From Paraspadella gotoi (Eukaryota > Animalia > Chaetognatha): 64,000 nt of DNA. The stretch lies in contig CM119266.1 of the NCBI GenBank assembly GCA_051294375.1, positions 16,920,087 through 16,984,086 on the forward strand. Reading direction: 5' to 3'. Below the pieces are notes generated by a model. That model ran no database searches and was not told where the DNA came from. It saw only the letters and a program-made list of their open reading frames with translations. This document shows, in pieces, positions 53,178 to 64,000 of the stretch (positions are counted from its first letter, which is position 1; every line of letters starts with the position of its first letter). Position numbers and translations under genes: made by a program.

Positions 53178-56100
53178 TCATACCCCCGTCGGTTCTAAAC
53201 TGTTAGGATCGACCATCAAGTCTTGTGATTGACTGCAACCATTAAGAAACACGAAACCCGCGCTTTCGTTCGTAGACGCCTTACTTGTATTTCCAATTCG
53301 TTCCTAAGAAATAAAAGAAAACTAAAATTATTGCCCATTTCTATGTCGACAAAAACTACATACCGGTGTCAGTGTGTCACGGACTGAGTGAACCAACAAG
53401 CTTTGAGGCTGATTCTCTTTTAGAATGGGTTGTGTCGTGTTGATATGGACGAATTCGTTTGACGGAAGCTGACTGCCTTCTATATACTCCTGCCGAGGTA
53501 GGGAAGAAATAATGAAACTTGAATGCAGGAGCATTCATTGAATAAATAAAACAATCCTTGTTATAAAATTAATGCAGTCTTAATTAAGCCAGTTTATTCT
53601 TTTTGAGATCAATTCAAAAGAAATATTTTTACTGTCTTTCATTTACTTGTACTTCGAAGAAATGTCTTCGCCAACGAGCATAAGGTTTTAATTTCGCCGA
53701 AAAAAAAAAAAAAAAAACTGATTTGTAAGATTGCATCATGATTTTTATTCCAAGTCCTTTCTCAGCCAGATTCATGCCTTAAAAAAAACAACTAAACAAA
53801 TCCTATTTTACCTGGTTGCCGTTCGGTGTGAGTCCATTTAGAGGAGAAAAATCGAACTTACTCAGCGGTATTCGAATTGTCACAAACTTATTACCAATTT
53901 CTTCTGTCGATTCCACAAAATCGCATAAGGATCTTGCCTCCGACCCTAAAGAACTAGGTGTCATCATCGCCGAGCATTCGCGTGCTTCATAATCTGGTTG
54001 AGATTGCTCCACGACGGCTCCGCATGGCTCAATTCTTCTACTCTCGTCGCACACCGAAAAGATTAGTCCATTGTCGCTCATTGGCTTGTAATCTATGGGA
54101 CTGGAACTGTTGATAATTGTGGCCGGCTCCGTTCTACTCCAATCACAACCGAAAGCACCTGCACCTTCTGGAGGAGCCGTCGAATAGGCCTCGAAAATTT
54201 GATCAGATGATCTAATGGCGGCGCGGAGCTGATCCGCGGATATCTGGTTATCTTTTGTCATCCACTCGTCTTCGTCGTCGTCTAAAGATATGTCCATCGA
54301 TTTCAAATCTTCCAAAATGGTTTTCCACAGAGATTTGTTATCAGGATTATCCACTATGTAACCGTTGTTAGTTATTTTTGGTCCTTTGGGCGCTGAATTA
54401 ATATACCTTTCCAGGGTCGTTTCTAAGCCATGAACGGCAATTGTTTTGAAACGATTGTTGTACAAAAGAATCTGTCCCTGGAATTCCTTTTCCAACTGGA
54501 TGTCCTTGTCTTTTTCGGCACATTCTTCGGGGCAGCATTTTTGCAATATACATTTCACCGGCGAAACTAGTTCCTCCTTAAGATTTTTTTTCGTAAACAT
54601 GCGCTGGTACCATTTAGAAATTTTTCCTCTTGAATTGCCTCTTTTAATGCCAACTTTAAAGCAGACAACTAACCTGCTGGGCTGACAATTGCTGAACCTT
54701 ATCAAGCAATTGAAATTTTTGCCATTTACCCAGTCAGACTGATCCTTAAAATCAAAGAAACCAAGTATGACGCAATCTTGCCACATGCGAAGCAGAGAAT
54801 TAGTCTTGTTTCCCGGCTCTCCATATTCACAAGTAAGAAAGTCGATGTACGAATACAAGTACTTCCACCTGCTGATGCCGTTACTGTTTTCTTTTTTACC
54901 GTTTTCTTTCTTTATATTTTCTTTATAATTTTCGTCATACTCGTCCAAAATTATAAATTTCATGTCTTGGACAAACGTGGAAAAGGTAACAAGACAATTG
55001 GTAGGCAATTTTGTCATTAGCGTCTTCTTTAAAGTTTCCTCTTGAAACTTAGCGAAACGTTCCTGTTCGGGGTAGTCGCCGGAAAAACCTTCGAGGCCAC
55101 GCCCTGTCCGATCTTCGAAAAACTTGGACAAATTTCTAAAGAACTCGTCCCAGGATACCTCCACTTTTTTTCCACCCAGATAATTCTCCCAAAAAATGGC
55201 GGCCCAGCCTTCGGCCAATTGATTCGTGTTACCAGTGATGACAAACGGACGAGACTTTATGATCGCTGCATGAAACGTTTCCATATCCTCGGTATCATCC
55301 ACAATCTTTAGCCTCACTTCCAAATGATACAATTTTGAAGATGCTCCGTGATTTTGTGTTCGCTTTAAGTGACTCAATTTAAGTACGTTTTCTTTGTTAT
55401 ACGGAATGATAGCGGAGAATCCATCTTCATCCGGATTGACTTCTTTAGGTAAACCAACGCCGATTTCCCCTGGTCGCTCTTTCGCGTTTAAATCCCGCGT
55501 GACTTCGTTTTCTTCGTCGTCGTCAATGAGATGAATCGATCCTCGATGGATTGCTTGGACGATGCTTCCACTTTTCTTCAGAGAAGTCACGCGAATTTGT
55601 CCGATTTTTTCGCGCCTTGTGATAGGACCCGGATGCTCGGTCATGATCGCACTCTTTTCCAGCAACTTTCGTTTCCACTCTGTCCTCGAGGCGTCGGCCA
55701 ACTGACGACAGCGATCCGCGGCGGCTTCGACCAAATCGTCTGAAAAAGCCTCCGAAATTTCGGCGAACAAATCTCGTATCTTTGCGAGCTGCAAAGTCAC
55801 GATTTCCCACAAGTTGGACCATTCTCGTGCGAGTGACTCTGTCTCCTTTGATATGGATATCTTTTGCTCCTCGTTGTCTTGGTGAATATTGTTGGAAATG
55901 CTAATATCCAGCTTGTCGCGACGCTCAATCCACATTTCAAGCTTGCCCCACTCTTGGATCGATCTTTCAAAGCGGCTGCACCAAAGCTTGCTATCCTCTT
56001 TGAGACCTTCTTTCATGACCTCAAGATCTTGATAGGTTTTAGCTTTTTTGGCAAGGAGCGAGTCGTCCAACTTTCTGTCCGATAACTTTTTCTTTGCCTT

Positions 56101-56208
56101 ATCGACATCTTTAATGTCATTCTTGAGCTTAGTGATTTGCTTTAAAAGCGTTTCAAATTCCATTTGGATGCAGGGCGTCACCTGTAGGTGAAATTGGGAT
56201 GGGAACAT
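53178..56208 (-). CDS. Divergent STAT-family transcription factor; main exon ~56181-53812, candidate 3' exons 53489-53364 and 53303-53178
   Basis: 801-aa ORF. N-terminal coiled coil; DBD 'SAIMTEHPGPI', 'LKLSHLKR', 'SRPFVITGNTNQLAEGWAAIFWEN'; linker 'VSWDEFFRNLSKFFEDRTGRGL'; SH2 'LRMWQDCVILGF...CLIRFS'; tail tyrosine 'NNGYIV' (cf. STAT5 DGYVK). Confidence 0.88.
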
Positions 56209-56547
56209 TAATGACTCAATGCAGATAGCAGGGCCTAATTGACTAACCGGGCCTCCCTCTGGTGTCGTCAGATGGTAGTCAGGACTTTACACTCAAATGC
56301 TCCTATACATAGCCTTTTGCTGTGTGTGCTCGCGGAGAAACTCAAAAGTTACTTTTCGGTCAGTCGCTCCGTGTCTCTGTTAGTCTATCTATGCTTACAA
56401 TTTAGGTTATATAGCGTTAATTATTTAATATTAAGTAATAAACTGATATATACATGAGATGCATAACATACATGTTTCATAATTGTGCAATAAAGTGATT
56501 ACCTAAAATTAAATATGGTGAAGAGACAGTAATTAATGTTGTGTTAG

Positions 56548-56750
56548 TGACAGAACCGTTCAATATAAGCAGTCCCTGAGCTTCGGATCAGGCTGTAACA
56601 CCGAGTTACAGGCGGGTTAAGCGCCCCGTCCCTCTAAACTGCTTGGCGACCACCGGGCTGGAACCCCGGACCTTTGGGTTGGGAGGCGAATGACTTGCCT
56701 CCGGCACCAATGGCCGCTGATAAACGGTTGGTGGATTTTAGTCCACCATA
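56548..56750 (+). mobile_element. Short HINE-like element with antisense tRNA-like cassette (56644-56717)
   Basis: Subterminal AACCGTT...AACGGTT, then hairpin GGTGGA-ttttag-TCCACC; second copy at 5411-5631. Confidence 0.75.
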
Positions 56751-57779
56751 ATGGTATAATTTATGTAATAACGAGATGTTTTAATTAATGAGGTAACATG
56801 AGATGAATTATCATCAACGGAGTTTTATGCACGCACATCAACTCAGAAAGTAAATGCCACTTAAATACATATTAAACAAGGTTATATTATATTATTATAT
56901 TATACTTTACAGATTAGTGATAAACCATAGGCTGCTTGCAAGGTTATTCTGTTGATTATCAGGACAGTCCCTGCGGCATAACATCTTGAAATTGCCTGTT
57001 CTTATTATAATATTTTTCCCAATCTTTAAAATTTCTAACGACTGATTTTTGTCCTATTAATTTTGTTCCTATTTAAATTACTTATTATGGATAATTTTTA
57101 TATTGGTTGTACCAATTTCATATATATATATACTTATATATTATTATATTTAATTTAATTTTTTCTAACTATCTTTACCCGTGAGGCGATGGGTTTAGAG
57201 ATCATAAGTCGCGTCACCAGATATGTAGAACCTGGACTTTGAATATTTCTTTTCATTGTTTTATTTTTACATACGTGTTATCGTTAATTTTGTTATATAT
57301 TTTACCAGCAAAGGTGTTAAGCGCAGAGAGTTTAGAGTGTTGATCAGTTTTCGTTCGAAAATTAGTTGTCTGTCGGTTTCGAATCGCAATTACGATTTTT
57401 TAAGCAGAGGAAAACCTGACGAAAAGAAGTAAAGGATTTCCCTGGACCAGGGCCTGGTAGTGGTATGGCGGCTTTGACATTTCTGAGAATTGAAATGTAC
57501 TTTTTGTTGTTTTTTTAACCGAGATTGGGCGCACCTATTAACAATTTGATAAAACTAGTATTATACAAAAGAACATCGCCGTCATAAATTCATAAAAAAG
57601 TTCGCTAAGCTTTAAAAAAAAAGGTATGGTTTATGGAAAATATTTCTTACTTTGAATTTCTCAACCAAAGGCGTGGAAAAAGTAAAGTGTTGTTTCAAAT
57701 TCTAAATTATATAAAATATAAAATCAATTCACTACGCAATTTCATCCCATGACATTATTTTAACTAAAAAAGTAGAGTT

Positions 57780-57796
57780 CCTCTTCTCTCTCTCTT

Positions 57797-57833
<37 letters not shown>

Positions 57834-57863
57834 CCTCTTCTCTCTTCTCTCTCTCTCTCTCTC
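57780..57863. repeat. Imperfect (CT)n microsatellite
   Basis: Seen directly. Confidence 0.9.
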
Positions 57864-58123
57864 AGTTTTTTGATGAAGGTGTGATTTCCTAATAAAAATT
57901 TCGTTGTGAAAACCAAAACAAAAGTTTTGTCAAAACTTTTTATTTCATATTTCTAACCACATGAAAAGATAGGAAAATACACTAATGTTACTATGTCTGT
58001 TTATAAATTAACTATCGTACTAAACTAGTCAGATTAGGTGACGGATTTAAAAAAAATTGATTGATTGATAGACTGATTGATTGATTGATTGATAAAGTTT
58101 CCAATTATGGTCCTTATTTACAG

Positions 58124-61100
58124 TAACAACGTTGTTCGGCCTCTCAATGAAGAAGCCTCTAAGGCGCCAGGCAAGGAGCAAACCAGCGAACTGTTTGAGG
58201 GTAAGGTCTAGTCGTAAACCAAACTGATGCAACATCCCGAATTAATTTTTATAAAAGATTATCCATATCCATATCATATCCAATTATCCATATCGTCTCG
58301 CAGAAGAAGCGAGTTCCAACGCTTTGCCCGGAAGTCTCCCGTGGTGGAAGTCAAACTTTTTCATGTTCGAACCTACTCTGTTTGGAACATGGGATGGCGT
58401 CTTTACCTCTTGCATCCTCAACATCTTTGGAGTCATCGTCTTTCTTCGAACAGGTGCTGCTTTTCCTAGAAAGTTTGATATTTTTTATTACCTCATATGA
58501 AGATATTTTTGAATTTCTTTTTTTTTGGACAAAATGTTTTTCTCTCTCCTTATAAAAATTGAATACCACTTAGTACTATTTAGCCTATTCGATTCCAGTC
58601 GCTTTTCTGATTTCAACAAATCGATTTATGTTTCATCTCATTGTTCGCCATGTTTATCTCTACCATCGATTTGGGGGACGAACCGATAATGGACAAACGG
58701 ATTTTTTTTAGTTTAAAATTTTTCCATACTATATTTTTGTTATTGATATTGAGGGCGGACCATCCGAATAATAATCTGTTTTCTGTAACCACGTAATTAA
58801 AAAAGCAGTGCTTTATAAATTATGTATCTATGTCTCTCATGGACAGGATGGATGGTGGCCGAGGCAGGCGTCTATCTCAGCCTTTTGATCATTGCCCTCA
58901 CAGTTTCTGTTGCTGCAATATCCGCGCTTTCGGCCATCGGTTGGTAGTTGAACCAAAATTCGAAGAAAACGATTTACACTGAATATTTACGCTTTTAATT
59001 TGACTAACCTATTAGGAGTTTGTCAGCGATGCAAAGCGATGGAATCGGGGGGAGTATACTTTCTCTTAGCTCACGTCTTGGGCGATAGTTTCGCCGGGGC
59101 GATCGGAATTCTGTACTGCTTTGGTCAGGTAAATAAAAAGTAATTGAAGCAAAATTCAAAATGTAAAACAAACATTCACTTAACGTAAATGCTAAATACG
59201 TATTTAAGTAATCTATTTTCGCTCATTTTTCGCCTCAGGCTGTGGCTTGCTCGCTATTCGCCTTCGGATTTGGCGAATCTGTGGCTCGGTTATTGACAGG
59301 AGTGACGCCAGAGGGACCCTGGATGGCCCGCGGAATCGCAGTCGTTGTCGTCGTTGCTTTGCTGCTTGTCAATGTCGCCGGAGTTCTCTGGGTCATCAGA
59401 CTTCAGCTTCTGCTCCTCTTACTTTTATTCATGAGGTATTGCTAAGTATTATTTGATTTTTTTATATTCATATTTAACTGCCTAAAAAGTGACTATGAAT
59501 TGTTTATCGGGCAAGCACATCGACTCCAAGCACCAAGGTTCGGAGTTCTGGCCCCCAGACGAGGCAGTATTGATGACTGGTGATTGGTGAATGGTCTAGC
59601 GTGACTTATCTATTTTTGTATATCACAGTTTTTTCGATTTTGTCATCGGCTCCTTTATCTACGAGGCTCCCCAAGTCGGGATTTTGGGATACTCGTGGTC
59701 TAATTTTCTCAACAACACCGAAGCGTCTTTCTTAGACGGTTGGTCGATTTAAAAAAAAAAACAAAAAAACATATAGAAAAACGAAAATCCACTGAAAACA
59801 ACATTTATTTTCCAGGCGAAAATTTTTTCACTGTTCTTGGTGTGTTCTTTCCGACGATGACTGGCGTGATGGCGGGCATAAACATGTCGGGCGACCTGAA
59901 GAACCCATCAAAAAACATCCCGACTGGCACTCTTTCCGCCATCGCCGTCAGCCTCCTTATCTATGTGATCTACGTAGTCGTTTTGGCCGCTACCGTCACC
60001 CGAGAAATACTGTTAAAGGACTACATGATCGCCTCGGTGCGTTCTTATTCATTTGCTCCAATCACGCGCCACTTATATGCCGAACGAAAGAAATTAGAAA
60101 AGAATAAAAAAATATGCATAAAAAGCAAAATTCAAATATCCATTAAAATTTCAATATTTCCTGCCCTTGCTGTATTGAATTTTAGGTCGTGTGATCGTTT
60201 AAAGTGGTCAAGTACCTGCGCTAGTATGATACAAATACACGTAAAAGGTTTATGGCGCTTTACTTTTGAGACATATGTTAATTTAATTGGTGCATTAAAT
60301 CAAAGGCATTTAAATTATAAGTAATACAGACCGACCGACAGACCGACCATCGAGTGACGAATAGAGTAGCTCCCAACTTGCGGCAAAACAACAACAACAA
60401 CAACAACAAAAAAAACTGTCGTACGATGTGAATTGTGGAATGCACTATTACTGATATTATCGAAACCGAGTTACATTCAATTTGATTCCAGGAAGTATCC
60501 GTTGTTGGTTTTCTTTGGCACGTCGGCCTGTACATCTCGTCGCTGTCATCGTGCCTGAGCTCCTTGTACGGCGGACCAAGAATTCTTCAGTCAATCGCCT
60601 CCTCCCAAGTTGTTCCCCTCATCAGTTTTTTGGGTAAACATTTTTTTTTAAATTTGCCTCGATTTGGCGTCATGTAAACTACTAATGTACTAATGCGGCG
60701 AATTGAAATAACATTTGACGTGACCCTTGTTTCCTCACAGCGCGGGGTCGCGGAGCTAATCGGGTGCCTGTATGCGGTCTCTTCGTTATTGGCGCCGTCG
60801 CCGTGGTATTCATTCTGATTGGAGGACTTAATTCTTTGGCGCCGGTGGTGACGATGCCATTTATGTTGACCTACGCGGCCGTCGACTACGCGTTCTTTGC
60901 CCTCAGCATCAGCGTCCCGGAGACGCCGCAGTCGATCGAAGATAGAGGCGGAGAAAACGGAGGCATTAGCGAGACGGAGGAGGAAAAACGAAGATACGGT
61001 AAGTTAGTACTGAATAGACAGTGGTAGTTGTTATTAGTGAGTGACAGAATCACTATAATCACAATAATTTTTTTTTTCTGTTGCCCAAAACTTTGAAATT

Positions 61101-61721
61101 TAATTAACAATATATTCCAATACACTTTACCAACAAACAATCAGCTCCTTTGGGCGAAAGCCTCGAGGGTTTTGGGACCCAAATCGTACCGCAGCCCCGT
61201 AGCTGGTATTCGCGGCTGCACTCTCCCTGGACAGCTTTGCTTGGTGCAGTCGTAAGTCTCGTCGTCATGTTCCTCGTTCACTGGGTCTACGCCCTCGTCA
61301 CCATCATTTCTGCGGCTATTATTTATTACTACATAGGTAATAACATATATGAAAAAAAAATGTTTAGTATAACTTAAGAATCTTGTATTGTTTCGTAGTA
61401 CACTTTAATCCCGGCGTACCGCAAGGAGTTTCAGACTTCAGCTTCATCGATTGGGTGTTTAAAAAATTTGGTGTAAAATCTCGATCGACGACGCAGGCAG
61501 AGGCACAGCAGGTAAAAGTCTCCAACGTAAGATTTTGCCGTCCAAATTAACCCAAGTCACATTTTTTTTATTTTCAGATTGTGGTGACCTCTAACGCTCC
61601 CGATGTCCGAACGAAAACCTCACAAGTATCCGACGAAAACTCTGACTTCGCCTTTAGAGAAAGATTTCATCAATCGACGGAAGTGGAGAGCGAAAAGTTT
61701 GATGATTTCGAGAAGGATTAG
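58124..61721 (+). CDS. SLC12A8: Solute carrier family 12 member 8; exons 58124-58200, 58304-58453, 58847-58939, 59016-59128, 59239-59435, 59629-59738, 59816-60036, 60492-60633, 60741-60998, 61145-61336, 61399-61511, 61578-61721; start exon(s) lie upstream
   Basis: 'ELFEEE...[40 protein letters not shown]', '[30 protein letters not shown]' and C-terminal '[14 protein letters not shown]' are SLC12A8-specific. All introns are GT-AG and in phase. Confidence 0.95.
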
Positions 61722-62039
61722 GACATTTGCGGCTATGCGCCTTCATTCATTTAATTTTATTCACCTTTGTACATTTTAGAGTTCTAATTAATTTGAAAAA
61801 AAATATATGTATGTTTTCCAAGGCATAGGTCGTTATTTTTGCGGTAAAATAACCTGTTTATCCTCACCATTGTTCAATGTGAATGTTGATAAATTCATAG
61901 CTGTTCTTAATGTTCCTTAATTTCTATGTTTAGTCGATTTTTGTCGAGTGCCTTTCCGTTGCTAGAATTACTAATTCATGTAATTTTATGAAAAAAATGT
62001 TTTAGCTTATTAAATTCAGTATAACATGGGTCTATGATT

Positions 62040-62215
62040 CTCTTTTCCCAAAGCGCCCAATTTCTGTTCCTTTATCCTAATATATTTAACGTGCATATAT
62101 TTTTAATTTTTAACCCTAATCTTAATTATTTAATTTAATTTTGAACTTATTCCTAATTTCTAACCTTAATCCTAATCAAACTTGAGATGAATGGAGCTTG
62201 GGAAATTAGGTAAAT
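62040..62215. mobile_element. Short member of the telomere-like MITE family (another fragment at ~63090-63160)
   Basis: 'cttttcccaaagcgcccaattt'...taaccctaat...'gagcttgggaaa'. Confidence 0.5.
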
Positions 62216-62613
62216 TTGTGGGTCTTTGATCTCTGATGTGTGTGATTTTTTTTTATAATATCTCACTCTATTTCCAAGCTCTCTTAATACTTATATATTT
62301 CTGATTCTCACTTTTAACAATTTCTACTTTAATCACGAAGGAATAAAATTTCGTCCTACTCTTAGACTTAGATAGATATCTCTGATTAGAATTTAGATGC
62401 ACAAATCCTTCTTCGAAGATCAGATAGTTCGTGCCTCGGTTGTTTCTTTTTGTTGCTAGGTGACCTTCCGCAGTTCTGTCCGAATCCACTATAGTCAAAA
62501 CGACAAAAAAAAAAAGAGAAAAAAAATGTTTGATTTTTTAACTCCCGACAATAACGCGAATAATCCTCGATCCTAATTATTTTCCATGACTTAATAGCGA
62601 TTAATGGAATGTA

Positions 62614-64000
62614 ATGGAAAATCCTCTGCCTAGATTGTCGTCAGCAGTTTTTCGGAGAGAAACTGGTGGTGAGTTTGCGAACTAAGGTGCTTTTTATGAT
62701 TATGTTAATGTTAAAAAACCTATTTAAACGATTTTAATGGTAAACTGAAGTTTTCCAAATTGTTGGGTAACAAATAATTACATTATGCTTATCAAAAATT
62801 GATTTCGAGACATAAGTTCTAGCGAGAGTTGGGCAGCGGCTTGGACTACTAGCTTTAAATTTATCATTTTCCACAACAGGAGTTCCGAGGATCGAAGAAG
62901 TTGTTAAGGAATACAAAAGTGGCGCAAAATTTCAGGTTTTACGTTGTTCCTTATTTACTATATAGTTTACTATTTTTCTCTCTCCAGCACCATCGACCAC
63001 TTGATGTGTCCGGGCATCGGTCTCTTTTTCTTGGCCTCAATGGTTTTCTTCAGTCAAGCCCCAGCCACGTAGCCACGTAGACTTTTTGGCTCTCTTTTCC
63101 AAAAGCGCCAATTTCGGTTGCTTAATCCTTGATAACCTTAATATTTAACCCTAATCTATTACAGATAACAGTGCCTCTTTAATGTGCCATACAGACAGGA
63201 GATCCACAGCCCGTTATTTTTTAGCTTTAAATCTTCGGATCTGACAGCAATCCGACGCGACTAGGGTTAGATGTACGGTCCCGCTTTCTAGCGATAACAC
63301 CATTGGGGCACATAAGACATAACACTCAAGGCAGCTTGGTGGGAAGAAAGAATGGTCCCTCAGACGTTACGGAGTTCCCCATTTAAAAAATATTTTTCAT
63401 GATTAATAGGAAATAGTAATAATTTTTTTTTTAAATCCTTTCTCATAATACTAATATTAAGACAAATATTTTTATATTTTTATATTTTTATCAATACTAA
63501 TATTACAAAAGTTACAAAAGTTTTTAAACTTGTCCCGCCTAAATAGCTCAGTCTGAATTCTTTGTTTATTTTCAAAAAAAATTTTCGCATTTTACGCCAG
63601 GGTTTAATCAGCGCCAATAAAAAGACCGGAAGAGGGTTCTTCGTTTGGCCAGACGGCGCCACCTACGAGGGAGAATACTCTGAGGACGTACGAAGCGGCA
63701 AGGGTGTTCAAGTAACTAAAACGTTGCCGAAGGGGGCAAAATGGTGACATAACTTACTCAACAATGATTAATAAGAAAATCGTGTCACTTTCAGAAATGG
63801 AGGGACGGTAGTCAGTACGAGGGAGAGTTCACGAAAGACGCTCGTCATGGTATCGGGGATCACAGATGGAGTAACGGCGAAGAATACGCCGGGACCTTCT
63901 ACAAGGTGGTTTTATTGATTTTATTCATTTATTCACAAGTGGTTGTGGGACGAAATAATGTTTTTTTCCTCTTATTCTCGTTCCCGTCTTTAGGACAAAC
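62614..64000 (+). CDS. MORN-repeat protein, ANKMY1-like, 3'-partial; exons 62614-62668, 62880-62935, 63601-63711, 63795-63905, 63994-end
   Basis: Spliced frame reads 'MENPLPRL...EYKSGAKFQG..KTGRGFFVWPDGATYEGEYSEDVRSGKGVQKWRDGSQYEGEFTKDARHGIGDHRWSNGEEYAGTFYKDK', i.e. tandem MORN repeats. ANKMY1 identity is inferred; no ankyrin or MYND domain is visible in the window. Confidence 0.85.

Noticed and set aside
53778-53811. 34-nt terminal intron in the STAT gene
   Set aside because: Shorter than any other intron seen here (minimum ~60 nt); the 53490 acceptor fits better.
56644-56717. Functional tRNA-Gly gene
   Set aside because: Anticodon stem does not pair, the D arm is poor and the sequence is embedded in a dispersed repeat.
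57481-57489. GAS-like STAT site TTCTGAGAA upstream of the STAT gene
   Set aside because: A single TTCN3GAA is expected by chance in AT-rich DNA.

Overview
AT-rich, intron-rich animal DNA, probably from a non-arthropod invertebrate (degenerate TTAGGG tracts, many 60-100 nt introns). Sequence quality is uneven. Roughly 1-35 kb and 47-52 kb contain indel-riddled stretches that look like low-coverage long-read fill, with N gaps at 2436-2460, 30847-30871 and 34342-34351. Five genes can be supported by reading exons: (1) a frameshifted FGD-type RhoGEF (DH-PH-FYVE-PH, ~2.85-8.1 kb, +), missed by the ORF track; (2) a 10-exon FMRFamide-receptor-like class A GPCR (38073-45881, +); (3) a highly divergent STAT-like gene (-), with coiled-coil, DNA-binding, linker, SH2 and pTyr regions in one 2.4 kb exon plus two small candidate 3' exons; (4) SLC12A8 (~58.1-61.7 kb, +); (5) the 5' end of a MORN-repeat gene, ANKMY1-like. 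The 11-35 kb region is a +/-/+ triplication of a 5-7 kb unit and is probably at least partly an assembly artefact. Mobile DNA includes a Penelope-like retroelement bracketed by inverted hammerhead-like motifs, two Helentron/HINE-like families (one carrying a tRNA-like cassette) and a MITE family with a telomere-like core. The most interesting signal is the retrocopy-like STAT, which may be nested antisense in the first intron of SLC12A8. All homology calls come from recalled family motifs; no searches were run.
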